Source: Octopus vulgaris
Taxonomy: Eukaryota
Assembly: GCA_951406725.2 (NCBI GenBank)
Contig: OX597815.1
Location: 159,898,001 to 159,962,000, forward strand
Direction: 5' to 3'
Length of the DNA: 64,000 bases
Each line of letters opens with the position of its first letter. Position 1 is the stretch's first letter. The notes below the pieces were generated by a model. The model was given only the letters and a program-made list of their open reading frames with translations, was not told the DNA's origin and ran no database searches. The position numbers and the translations under genes were made by a program. Of the stretch, positions 63,883 to 64,000 are shown one piece after another.

Positions 63883-63938
63883 ACCATGAAGTGAACATTA
63901 GTAATGCTGAAGATGAATCTATGTCAGCCAGAAAGTAG
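63883..63938 (+). CDS. candidate exon (DHEVNISNAEDESMSARK)
   Basis: Very strong acceptor TTTCTGTTTTCTTTTTTTTAG; open phase-1 frame; donor-like AA|GTAGGT at 63935 or TAG stop at 63936-63938. Confidence 0.3.
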
Positions 63939-64000
63939 GTAGAAATGAAGAATGCAAAAAGTAGAAGCTAAAAGCCAAAAAGAAAATGAAAAATAACTAA

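Overview
AT-rich, microsatellite- and transposon-dense eukaryotic DNA with no intact long protein-coding ORF. The repeat content (abundant tRNA-headed SINEs, an RTE LINE with a (GAT)n tail, Dong/R4 LINEs, Penelope-like elements) most resembles an octopus/coleoid cephalopod intron or intergenic region; this assignment is inferred from repeat patterns, not from a database search. Recognisable relics are four decayed Dong/R4-clade LINEs, two RTE LINE pieces plus many 5'-truncated copies of the RTE 3' end, three Penelope-like fragments (two GIY-YIG, one RT), an internally deleted Helitron, several Tc1/mariner relics and MITEs, TTAA-flanked piggyBac-type MITEs, and at least four SINE architectures. 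The most notable structures are minimal hammerhead-ribozyme motifs in Penelope-type termini (one with a U3-A8 core covariation), fold-back islands inside (TA)n tracts, multi-layer nested insertions centred on SINE-internal microsatellites, and an apparently 5'-inverted Dong/R4 LINE. A few short + strand exon candidates hint at a host gene, but none could be identified. Most boundaries were read by eye and are approximate.
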